Source: Mobula hypostoma
Lineage: Eukaryota
NCBI RefSeq assembly: GCF_963921235.1
Contig: NC_086108.1
Coordinates: 40,488,001 to 40,552,000 of the forward strand
DNA: 64,000 bases
Direction of reading: 5' to 3'
Under the pieces are notes generated by a model. It was given only the letters and a program-made list of their open reading frames with translations, was not told where the DNA came from and ran no database searches. The position numbers were made by a program, and so were the translations under genes. Below, in pieces: positions 50,468 to 62,542 of the stretch. Numbering within the stretch: the stretch's first letter is position 1; each line of letters begins with the position of its first letter.

Positions 50468-52580
50468 CATGGTTGTGCCCTCGACGCCTCAGTGAGAGAG
50501 AAGCAATGGAGTCAATCATTGGCTCGTTACCCATCTCCAGGCTACCAGACCTCCAGACCATACACTCTGCTCTAAACCTCATCAAACTCCCTTGGAGTCA
50601 GCAAAGCACAAGATCACTCAATCAGCCTCAAAATACACCATCACAGGTTCCCATTGCACATAGTTTAGTAGTAGAATCTTATCTGAAAGAAGCAGTGAAA
50701 GAAGGAAAAGAAATATTCTGGTTTCTTCCCCCGTCCTTTCAAGCACTGTTGAAAGGTCCTGACCTGAAATGTTAACTGCTAATTCCCCCCAAAGACACTG
50801 CCTGACCTGTTGAGTTCCTCCAGCATTTTGTCTGTTGGTCTGTTTTGAATTCCTCCGGATGTTCTGCAACTCTTGATGAGCATTAGTTTCAGGTTAAAAT
50901 AGGGTTACGTGCTCTGCTAACACTGGACGCATTTCCAAGCAATTGAAGACTGGCTGCATGCAGTCCCCCTGACAGAAGATCGTTTTTATGGGGGGATCAC
51001 AAGAATATTGCTGGTATTGCTTTTGTTTTTGCAGGGCAGATATGATTCCAATCAAGCCATCAGAGTTATGATACAGCACAACATCCAGAGCATGCTAACC
51101 AAAGTGAATGTGTGCAGTGCTGCTATCTTTCTGCACATGCTGCAACCATTAGTGCAATTGGCTTCAAAATGCTTTGAGCACTCATTGGAATACTGATCTG
51201 ATTTCAAGAGCCTATTGCTTCAAATGTAACAGTGCCCTAACAAAATGCCACACACTTTAAAATGCTATGAAAGGCAATGCGAGTAAACTCTGTCACCAAT
51301 TATTTCTGTGCTTTACACTTTAAAATGTCATCCATGTTCAGCCCTCCAGTGAGAAATGGGGAATACTGGTTTGAAAGGCACTAGTTTGTGTACAGAGCAT
51401 CAAAAAATACACTGACATTTAAGTTTTTTTTATCTTGTTTATTTGTTTCAAGTAACAACATTACTTGGGCTGAAGTAGTGCATCCATATCTCAGAACCCT
51501 TAACTCTGCAGAGATTTACTAGAAACACAGCCCATCAGGCTTATTGCGTAGGTTCTGTGTGGCCCAGAGTTTCCCAGCTTAACCTTGGTATTTCTGAAGC
51601 CCAGTGTAATCCTGTTCAATGCTCACTGTCAATCCCACCCAACATAATAAAGAAAGTTTTATATTTTATTGAGCCAAAAAAGGGAGTAAGAATTATAAAA
51701 GGAAACATTATTTGTCTGAATTGGTATATGGTCCAAAATATTACAAGAGATGTCATTCATGGTGCCTCACAGTTCTCCCTTGTCTTGTACACTGAAACCG
51801 CTGGCCAGATGCAGCTGTTATTTGGTGACATAGTGAGCCCTCTCTCTCTCTTTCCTGACACAGACTGTGTGCATCTTTGCCTATTCACTAGGCACAGGTG
51901 ATGGGTACAGCACAGCAATGAGAAGTACGGTATGTGGATAATTTCCCTTTGAATGTTTAGAATGAAGCAACAAGTCAGAGTACATTTTCCTTTGCTGCGA
52001 TATATTGCAACGATCATAACTAAAGTGTTCCTTTATCCATTCATTCCCATGAAAAGATATATTCTATGGGGACAATCATAACTAAAATGCTCCCTTTATT
52101 CATTCATTCCTCTGAAAAGATGAAAGTTTTCCATAGGTCACTACCTTCAGTGCCATGGGCTAACCCATTAATGTGCTTAATTGCATGCTTTATCAAAAAC
52201 ACTTTGCACTCAATTAAAACTGAATTACACAGTGACTGGTTACTTCACTATCTAGGGGAACATTGGATGCTGATAATATTGAATGTGTCCCATTGTATCT
52301 CCTTGGTGATCGTCTGAATTCTCCCACACTCAGATGAAATAATGTTATTCCTGATGTTTGAGATATGTACAGTATTTTAAAAGATTAGGTGAATATATTG
52401 AATTGTGCCTACTCTTCCTTCTTTGGCAATTGTTGTTGTCATTTTGTCTCTCTGTATGGGCTGCAGATTTATACAAGGATTGCCTACTGTTCTTTATCAA
52501 TGTGAAACTTGGATGATTTTCTAACCTCACCTGAAGAGTTCGGGGTGCGTGCCTTTGAAAAATGTTCTGCATTGAGTATA

Positions 52581-53031
52581 CGAGGGGTGATTGATAAATT
52601 TGTGGCCTAAGGAGTCAATTTTAGAAAACCTAGCACATTTATTTTTCAACATAGTCCCCTCCTACCTGTACAAACATAGTCCAGCAGTCATGGAGCATAC
52701 GGATCCCTTCTTTGTTGAAGTGGTCCACAGCAGGGGTGATTGATAAGTTTGTGGCCTAAGGTAGAAGGAGATGAGTTATTAACTTCAAACTCTCTGCATT
52801 ATCACTCAAAGAGTTGAACTGCACGTGCATGTAACGAGAGCGTCTTGGGCCTCCAAGTAGTCCACAGAAGGGGTGATTGATAAGTTTGTGGCCTAAGGTA
52901 GAAGGAGATGAGTTATACAGCTGTCATTACATGCACGTCCAGTTCAACTCTTTGAGTGATTATGCAGAAAGTTTGAAGTTAATAACTCATCTCCTTCTAC
53001 TTTAGGCCACGAACTTATCAATCACCCCTCG
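52581..53031. mobile_element. Non-autonomous mariner-type MITE with internal TIR repeats
   Basis: TA|CGAGGGGTGATTGATAA...TTATCAATCACCCCTCG|TA; extra TIR copies at ~52733 and ~52870. Confidence 0.88.
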
Positions 53032-53764
53032 TACTTTGGATCATATTCCAGTTCAGAAAAATAATGGTTCCCTTTATAGTTTTAACTTCCTGTTGCATGA
53101 AATATTATTATACTAGGTAGGATTGATACCAAGCATTGGACTATATACTCTGAGGATAAAATCACCAATCACTCAAGGGTTGAAAAGTGCTAAGCTCAGC
53201 TAAGCCGTGAAGTTTTGGGGTATGTGGATCCCTAGTAATGGACTCTGCTCCCAATGAAACATTTTAATAAATACATTTTATAAATAATGTTATCACACCA
53301 GCAGTTTTGTTCAACTTTTGAAATGTAAATTGCAGCCCAACTTATTACTATTAATAATGACCTTTGTGGCATCAATTCTGTTGAATTAAGACTTGGCGAA
53401 AAAAGCCTGACTCAGGTTTTCAGCTCTAAGACCAGGTTTGGTAAAGGAATTAATGGCAGTAAAGGAAGTGCTACAACAGCACTATTTTTCTTTTGCACAA
53501 TACGTATAAAATTTAATCCCCCTTCTCCAATAAAAGTTAGGTATTGTATATCCTGTTTGTGGCCTTGACTATATTATCTGTCTTTCTTGCTCTCTTTTGG
53601 ACACCAGACTAGAACAATGCAAAAATCCTGCTGTTCCTCTACACTACCTTGCAGTCAAGTGAAGCAATTTTCTTTTATTGTATATTTGTTTGTCAACTTT
53701 ACCCTCCTAATGCATCACCTCACACATCTCTGGATGGAATTTCATTTGTCATTTTTATGTACAC

Positions 53765-54016
53765 TTTATTTATTTATTGAGATACAGTGAGGAATAGGCC
53801 TTTCGAGCTGCACCACCCAGCAAACCTTCGATTTAATCCTAGCCTGATCATGGGACAATTTACAATGACCAAATAACCTGCCAACTGGTACGTGGGAGGA
53901 AACCAGAGCACCAGGGAAAACCATGCAGTCATGGGAGGAACGATAAAAGTCCCTACTGGAATTGAACACGGTTACTGGTACTGTAAAGCGTTACGCTAAC
54001 CATTACATTACCACGC
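53765..54016 (-). mobile_element. tRNA-derived V-SINE (HE1-like)
   Basis: A/B-box-like head (GTTCAATTCC), V-domain-like GGTGCTCTGGTTTCCTCCCAC, CR1-like tail, (TAAA)n end. Confidence 0.75.
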
Positions 54017-54139
54017 ATCCATAGGCTTCATTCCTATGTCAAAATGTTCTTCTTCACAATCAATAATGTTGCCAAATTTGGTATAGTGAGTATGCTCCCC
54101 AAACATGGCACCTCTGTTTAAGCTCACGTTATTGATAAG

Positions 54140-54762
54140 CACTCAGTGGCCACTTTATTAGGTACAGGAGTACCACACCACCACTGCTGTAACATGTGCT
54201 TTTTCAGTTACTGTTGTCTTCCTGTCAGATTGAACCAGCCTGGCTATTCTCATTTAACTTCTAACCTCTCTCATTAACAAGGTATTATTGCTCACAGAAA
54301 TGACACTCACTGGATCTCCATGTCATTTAATTTCCATTTTATTTTAACCTTTGCACCTTCTATATTCTTCAGGCTTTTTGCTGCATTGTTTTCTCATTAT
54401 TTAATATAAACCTCATTGACAAGGCATTATTGCCCACAGAACTGACACCCACTGAATATTTTTATTTGTTTTCCACATCTTTCTCTGTGAACTCTACAGA
54501 CTGCTGTGTGTGAACATCCCAGGAGATCAGCAGTTTCTAAAATACTCAAACCACTCTGTCTGTCACCAACAATCACGCCACAGTTAAAGACACTTTCCCA
54601 CTTCTTCCCATTCTGATGTTTGGTCTGAACAACAACTGAAACTTTGACCATGTCTGCACTGAGTGGCTGCCACAGGATTGGCTGATTAGACACGACTGGC
54701 TGATTAGATATTTGCTTTAATGAGTAGGTGTACAGGTATACTAACTAAAGGAGCAATGAGTA
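54140..54762 (-). mobile_element. Internally deleted Tc1 element, second family
   Basis: TIR CACTCAGTGGCCACTTTATTAGGTAC with a degenerate partner at ~54735-54762; ORF 54427-54693 GVIVG...GLSILETADLLGCSHTAVCRV (HTH). Confidence 0.8.
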
Positions 54763-55103
54763 TATACCACAAAAAGCAAGGGACCTGATAGCAAGCTCGG
54801 TAGGCTCCGCTGCACACCTCCTTGTGACATTAAAATTCCTACCAACTGTTAACCTTTGTGTTCTCTCATAAAGCCCATTTTTAATCCAACTGGACACTTT
54901 TCATGCAATTTCCAAAAGGTTTTACTTTCCTGATCGGTATAATATCTGGAACTTCAATATAACACTTCTACTGGAATCCATCAAATGATCAGAAGACATT
55001 GGCTCCTTTTCACCTAAACTTTTGAAAAAAAAAAATTCAACCAGGTTTATGAGACATGGTTTTCCTTAAAAAATCCATGCTGAATGCTATTGATCAATCT
55101 TCT

Positions 55104-55963
55104 TTTCTTTTTAAATCTTTTTATTGAATAAGTATACAAAAAGGTAAGCCATATAAACATTAATACAATGTTAAAATATAATAAAATTCCAGAAGGTATC
55201 AATACCAAAAAAAAATACTACAAACAATGTAATTTAAACATAAGAAACCAAGATAACATAATAGTATACTAAATTTTATATATATCAATAGAAAAAAAGA
55301 AAAAAAAAACCCCAAAAAAAACCCACCGTGCAACTAACTAAAAGCAAAGCAAAGCAATGGGCTAACTTGAAACCAAACAGAGTTAAACTTAAAATCACGT
55401 CCTCAATCCCGACCTCCATTAAAAACAGTGAAAAAAAAACAAGAAGGGTATATATTACATTAAATGAAAATATCGAATAAAAGGTCCCCAAATCTGTTCA
55501 AATTTAAATGAAGAATCATAAAGGTTACTTCTAATTTTCTCCAGATTCAAACATAAAATCGTCTGAGAGAACCAAAAAAAGGTAGTTGGAGCATTAAGCT
55601 CTTTCCAATGTTGTAAAATACATCTTTTCGCCATTAAAGTAAGAAATGCAATCATTCTACGGGCTGAAGGGGAAAGATTACTAGAAATTTTAGGTAGTCC
55701 AAAGATAGCAGTAATAGGGTGAGGAGAGATATCTATATTTAATACCTTAGAAATAATATTAAAAATATCTCTCCAAAAAGTTTCCAAAGTAGGGCAAGAC
55801 CAAAACATATGAGTTAAAGAGGCTATCTGCCCCGAACATCTATCACAAAAAGGATTAATATGCGAGTAAAAACGCGCTAACTTATCTTTGGACATATGTG
55901 CTCTATGAACCACTTTAAATTGAATTAGGGAATGTTTAGCACAAATAGAGGAAGTATTAACAA
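55104..55963 (-). mobile_element. Young 5'-truncated L1-clade LINE (ORF2 C-terminal CCHC domain + 3' UTR)
   Basis: Uninterrupted IQFKVVHRAH...CDRC...SLTHMFWSC...FW...W.PF; perfect 12-bp TSD GATCAATCTTCT (55092-55103, 55964-55975); AATAAA and A tail. Confidence 0.92.
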
Positions 55964-56531
55964 GATCAATCTTCTCAAAGTGCTGAGATCTGCCAACTCT
56001 TTGAATTTCTTCCAGTGATTTGTCTACTATCAATACAGGATGGTCAGGCTATCTCCCTCCCCTTTTTCAAACAATGTCATCACTTCAACAGTCTTGTCCT
56101 CCGGCATTGTGTCAACATGGATTAGAAAATAGAAATCGGAGCCAATACTATTTCTTCCTTTTCCCTTGCCTCTTAATGGTCTAAGCTCCATTTAATCTGA
56201 ATCTGGTGATTTTCTCAATTTTTCTAAAAATGCTGATCCCTTTTAACGCTTTTCTATGTGTGTTTTACATTCACAATCCTTTGCGTTTTTCTTTCTCAAT
56301 GGCAAATACTTTGAATTATTTATATCTTCTTTTGCACTCAGGCTAATAGATTTCTTTATTCTTTTCATTAAGGATTTTGGGATTTTCCTTAATTTTACCT
56401 GCTTGTATTTTTCATTCCTCATCTTTAGGTTTGTAATTTTCCATTTTATTTTAACCTTTGCAGCTTCCTTACTCCTTGGGCTCTTTGCAGGGGTGTTTTC
56501 TCAGTATTTAAAATGTGCTTCTCTTGTTTTA

Positions 56532-56812
56532 CATTATTTACTTATTGACATACAGCGCAGAACAGGCCTTTCCCACCCTTCGAGCCAATCCACGCAGCGA
56601 TTCCCCAATTTAACCTAGCCTAATTACAGGACAATTTACAATGAACAATTAACCTACTAACTGGTGCGCCTTTGAACTGTGGGAGAAAACTGGAGCACCC
56701 GGAGGAATCCCGTGCAGTCACAGGAAGGACATGCAAACTCCTAACAGGAAAAGGTGGGAATTGAACCCACATTGCTGGTATTGTGAAGCATTGCACAAAC
56801 CACTACGTTGCA
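56532..56812 (-). mobile_element. tRNA-derived V-SINE (HE1-like)
   Basis: B box GGTTCAATTCC; GGAGTTTGCATGT...CCTCCGGGTGCTCCAGTTTTCTCCCAC V-domain; homologous to 53765-54016. Confidence 0.8.
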
Positions 56813-57197
56813 TTTACCTTATATTTTCCTCAACATCCAAGGGGTCCAGATTTTTGAATGACTATAGTCGATATTTATGAATAATTAATTTGCTATTTAT
56901 GAATAATTCTATTGATTTACCTTCAAGTAAGTTATTTCTGGACTAGTTGTCACAGGAGTGATTAAACTTTCCTTCAAGCCCACCAGAAAATTTTAACTCC
57001 TGCTCCATCCTTGCCCCTTTCCATAACTATGGAACTTGTAATTTAATTATGCTCAGTTACTCAAATATTCTCCCTCTGCAACCATTAGTCTCTCACTTGC
57101 CCCAGTTTATTTCCTGAAACTAGATCCATGACAGCAGATTGAGTTCAAGATTGTTTAATATAATTTCCAATGCACAAGTGTAAAGGAGAATGAAAAG

Positions 57198-57277
57198 CAG
57201 GGGTTCCCAGCTGTTTTTATGCCATGGAGTCTTGCCATTAACTGAGCGGTCTGTGGACCCCAGGTTGGAAACCCCTG
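57198..57277. mobile_element. hAT MITE, same family
   Basis: CAGGGGTTCCCA...TGGAAACCCCTG. Confidence 0.75.
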
Positions 57278-57934
57278 TTACTCTGGATCTGATGCAGTGC
57301 ACAAAAAAACCACTAAGATAAAGAATGCAATAATAAAAAACACAATAAATATAAATAGATAAGATAGCTAATATACACAGCTTGAATGTATGTCCATAAA
57401 GTAACATTAGGCACAGGAATGCTTGTACATAAAGTGACTGACATAATGTTGGTGAATTAGGCACCAGCCACCATCTTCTCATCCCTCTTCAGTGAATTCA
57501 CACTTAGAAATGTCTGAGTTTCAGACACTGAACTGTGCTCTGTGCATCCACCTTCTGCTTGCCCCTGGGAGTGGAAGGACTGGGCCCAGATAAAGGAAAC
57601 CCGTATGTCTACTTTGAATCACAGTCTCTGTGGACACATTAGTGGCAGTGACCCAATCAATTAGTAAAACAAGGTAGAACTTAACCTTGAATTGAAGAAT
57701 GGTTGATAATTACATTTCATACAATCCATGAATGTGTGGAATTGAGAAACAAGTCCTTGAATTAACAATACTATACATGCAGAAGGTATAAACACATTAA
57801 GCTAAGTATTCAGAACACAAAGGTAGACTGACTTCATCACATTAAGGACATTACTGTGAAATACAATACAGAAACAGACAAGGTTAAAATTTAAAAAAAA
57901 CATTCAATCTGATGGTAATGATAATTTTGAAATT

Positions 57935-60900
57935 TCTATAGATATAGAACAGTACAGCACAGTACAGGCCCTTCGGCCCACAGTGTTGTGCCGACCCTCA
58001 AACCCTGCTTCCCATATAACCCCCCCATCTTAAATTCCTCCATATACCTGTCTAGTAGTCTCTTAAATTTCACTAGTGTATCTGCCTCCACCACTGACCC
58101 AGGCAGTGCATTCCATGCACCAACCACTCTGAGTGAAAAACCTTCCTCTAATATCCCCCTTGAACTTCCCACCCCTTACCTTAAAGCCATGTCCTCTTGT
58201 ATTGAGCAGTGGTGCCCTGGGGAAGAGGCACTGGCTGTCCACTCTACCTATTCCTCTTAATATCTTGTATACCTCTATCATGTCTCCTCTTATCCTCCTT
58301 CTCTCCAAAAAGTAAAGCCCTTGCTCCCTTAATCTCTAATCAGAATCCATACTCTCTAAACCAGGCAGCATCCTGGTAAATCTCCTCTGTACCCTTTCCA
58401 TTGCTTCCACATCCTTCCTATAGTGAGGCGACCAGAACTGGACACAGTACTCCAAGTATGGCCTAACCAGAGTTTTATAGAGCTGCATCATTACCTCATG
58501 ACTCTTAAGCTCTATCCCTCAACTTATGAAAGCTAACACCTCATAAGCTTTCTTAACTACCCTATCTACCTGTAAGGCAACTTTCAGGGATCTGTAGACA
58601 TGTACCCCCAGATCCCTCTGCTCCTCCACACTATCAAGTATCCTGCCAATTACTTTGGACTCTGCCTTGGAATTTGTCCTTCCAAAGTGTACCACCTTCT
58701 CCAGGTTGAACTCCATCTGCCACTTCTCAGCCCACTTCTGCATCCTATCAATGTCTCTCTGCAATCTTTGACAATCCTCTACACTATCTACAACACCACC
58801 AACCTTTGTGTCATCTGCAAACTTGCCAACCCACCCTTCTACCCCCACATCCAGGTCATTAATAAAAATCATGAAAAGTAGAGGTCCCAGAACCGATCCT
58901 GGTGGGACACCACTAGTCACAACCCTCCAATCCGAATATACTCCCTCCACCACGACCCTCTGCCTTCTGCAGGCAAGCCAATTCTGAATCCACCTGGCCA
59001 AACTTCCCTGGATCCCATGCCTTCTGACTTTCTGAATAAGCCTACCATGTGGAACCTTGTCAAATGCCTTACTAAAATCCATGTAGATCACATCCACTAC
59101 ACTACCCTCATCTATATGCCTGGTCACCTCCTCAAAGAACTCTATCAGGCTTGTTAGACATGATCTACCTTTCACAAAGCCATGCTGACTGTCCCTGATC
59201 AGACCATGATTCTCTAAATGCCCATAGATCCTATCTCTAAGAATCTTTTCCAACAGCTTTCCCACCACAGACGTAAGGCTCACTGGTCTATAATTACCTG
59301 GACTATCTCTACTACCTTTTTTGAACAAGGGGACAACATTCGCCTCCCTCCAATCCTCCGGTACCATTCCCATGGACAACGAGTACATAAAGATCCTAGC
59401 CAGAGACTCAGCAATCTCTTCTCTCACCTCGTGGAGCAGCCTGGGGAATATTCCCTCAGGCCCCAGGGACTTATCCATCCTAATGTATTTTAACAACTCC
59501 AACACCTCCTCTCCCTTAATATCAAAATGCTCCAGAAGATCAGCCTCGCTCATATTGTCCTCACCGTCATCAAGTTCCCTCTCATTGGTAAATACTGAAG
59601 AGAAGTATTCACTGAGGACCTCGCTCACTTCCACAACCTCCAGACACATCTTCCCATCTTTATCTCTAATTGGTCCTACCTTCACTCCTGTCATCCTTTT
59701 GTTCTTCACATAATTGAAGAATGCGTTGGGGTCTCCTTTACCCTACTCGCCAAGGCCTTCTCATGCCCCCTTCTTGCTCCCCTCAGCCCCTTTCTTGCTA
59801 CCCTATATTCCTCAATAGACCTATCTGATCCTTGCTTCCTAAACCTCATGTATGCTGCCTTCTTCCACCTGACTAGATTTTCCACCTCACTTGTCACCCA
59901 TGGTTCCTTCACCCTATCATTCTTTATCTTCCTCACCGGGACAAATTTATCCCTAACATCCTGCAAGACATCCCTTAACATCCCTAAACATCGACCACAT
60001 GTCCTTAGTACATTTCCCTGCAAAAACATCATCCCAATTCATACCTGCAAGTTCTAGCCTTATAGCCTCGTAATTTGCCGTTCCCCAATTAAAAATTTTC
60101 CTGTCCTCTCTGATTCTATCCTTTTCCATGATAATCCTAAAGGCCAGGGAACAGTGGTCACTGTCCCCCAGATGCTCACCATTGAGAGATCTGTGACCTG
60201 ACCCGGTTCGTTACCTAATACTAGATCTAGTATGGCATTCCCCCTGGTCGGCCTGTCCACATACTGTGACAGGAATCCGTCCTGGACATACTTAACAAAC
60301 TCTGCCCCATCTAAACCCTTGGAACTAATCAAGTGCCAATCAATATTAGGGAAGTTAAAGTCACTCATGATAACAACCCTGTTATTTTTGCACCTTTCCA
60401 AAATCTGCCTCCCAATCTGCTCCTCGGTATCTCTGCTGCTACCAGGGGGCCGATAGAATACTCCCAATAGAGTAACTGCTCCCTTTCTGTTCCTGACTTC
60501 CACCCATACTGAATCAAAAGAGGATCCTGCTACATTACCCACCCTTTCTGTAGCTGTAATAGTATCCCTGACCAGTAATGCCACCCCTCCTCCCTTCCCC
60601 CCCCCCACCATCCCTTTTAAAGCACTGAAATCCAGGAATATTGAGAATCCATTCCTGCCCTGGTGCCAGCCAAGTCTCTGTAATGGCCACTACATCATAA
60701 TTCCATGTATGTATCCAAGCTCTCAGTTCACCACCTTTGTTCCTGATGCTTCTTGCATTGAGGTACACACACTTCAGCCCTTCTACCTTACTGTCTTTAC
60801 ACCCTTTATTCTGCTTCTCTTTCCTCAAAGCCTCTCTATATGTTAGATCTGGTTTTACTCCATGCACTTCTTCCACTGCTCTATCGCTCCGGGTCCCATC

Positions 60901-61950
60901 CCCCTTGCAAATTAGTTTAAACCCTCCCGAACCATGCTAGCAAACCTACCTGCAAGGATATTGCTCCCCCTCGAGTTCAGGTGCAACCCATCCAATCTGT
61001 ACAGGTCCCACCTTCCCCAGAAGAGATCCCAATGATCCAAAAATCTAAAACCCTGCCCCCTGCACCAACTCGTCAGCCACACATTCAACTGCCATCTCCT
61101 CCTATTCTTACCATCACTATCACGTAGCACTGGCAGCAATCCTGAGAACGCCACCCTTGAGGTCCTGTTCTTCAGCCTAGTTCCCGAAACTCACACTTCA
61201 GGACCTCATCCCCCTTCCTGGCCTATGTCGCTGGTACCAACATGTATCACGACTTCTGGTTGCTTTCCCTCACTTACCAGGATGTCTTGCACCCAGTCAG
61301 GAACATCCCAGACCCTGGCACCCGGTAGGCAACACATCATGCGGGTGTCCTTCTCACATCCACAAAATCTCCTGTCTGCTCCCCTGACTATAGAGTCTCC
61401 AATGACGACAGCTCTCCTCTTCTCCGTTCCACCCTTCTGCACCACAGGGTCAGACTCAGTGCCGGAGGCCCTGCCACCGTGGCTCACCCCTGGTCGGTCA
61501 TCTCCGCCAACAGTATCCAGGACGGTAAACTTATTATTCAGGGGAATGGCTACAGGGGTGCTCTGCACTACTTGTCTGCTCACCTTCACTTTCCCCCCTC
61601 TGACTGTCACCCAACCACCTGCTTCCAGTAGCCTAGGTGTGACTACCTCCCTGTAGCTCCCCTCTATGACTGCCTCATTCTCCCTTACGAGTCGAAGGTC
61701 ATCCAGCTGCTGCTCCAGATTCCTTACATGGTCTTCCATATCGCCCAGCTGCATGCACTTCCGGCAGATGTGACTCTCCGGGAGAGGGGAGTTGCCCCAA
61801 GACTGCCACATCTCACATGAGAGGCACATCACCGTCTCAGGAGGCATTGTAAAGCCTAATGGGGAGCAAGCTCATCCTCCGCCTCTTCTCATCGAAGCCT
61901 CTCGAGTCAAAGCCTCAAAGCTCCACTCCTTCACTGGCCCACTCACTCTT
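57935..61950 (-). mobile_element. Essentially full-length CR1 LINE with few disruptions
   Basis: ORF1 61847-60912 (CLSC...HICRKC finger, coiled coil, VIGDSIVRG / HVGTSD / DGLHLN SGNH-esterase motifs); endonuclease 60876-60060; 396-aa RT ORF 58519-59709 (KFADDTK); GGGCCGAAGGGCCT tail. Confidence 0.95.
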
Positions 61951-62339
61951 GTATGATAATATTTGACAATGACACTCATTTTAAATTAACAATACAATTA
62001 CTGGTTTCAATTATTGTCCACAGATAAAACTTGAAACCTGGGATCAACTTGACTGTTGCCAATGGACAGTGTGCATAAATCACAGAAAAAACAATATGTC
62101 TTCCCCTTTGCTGGAGGCTGCAAGAGTTACCACAGGCTAGTTCACAAACCCAGCTTGACTGTAAGAGTTCTCCAAAGGGCTTTCAGTATGTGTTTACACT
62201 TTCTTGAGACACACATACAGATAGTTTCTTACATTCTCATACTGATCGAGCAGAAGCCACGTGGCTTTGGCACACTGCTAAGAGGACTAATACTAAGTGT
62301 TACAAGTAATGTGAAACCCTCCTCAAGGATTATCATCCA

Positions 62340-62540
62340 GTAGCACTGGCATCCACAGAGATGAAGTGTTTTGAGAGGCTGGTGATGAAACCCATCAACT
62401 CCTGCCTGAGAAGCCAATTGGATCTGCTCCATTTTGCCTACAGCACAACAGGTCCTCAGCAGCTGCCATCTCAGTCGCTACTCACTTCAGTCTGGAACGC
62501 CTGGACAGCCAAGGTACATAACATCAGGGTGCTCTTTATC
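62340..62540 (+). mobile_element. Rex1 RT fragment
   Basis: MKCFERLVMKPINSCLRSQLDLLHFAY...IRVLFI. Confidence 0.75.
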
Positions 62541-62542
62541 AA

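Noticed and set aside
52581..53031. Spaced repeats resembling a CRISPR array
   Set aside because: They are transposon TIR copies with TA flanks and an inverted partner, in eukaryotic DNA.
55964..56033. N-terminal part of ORF 55455-56033
   Set aside because: It lies beyond the L1 TSD, so it is chance read-through from flanking DNA rather than a fusion gene.
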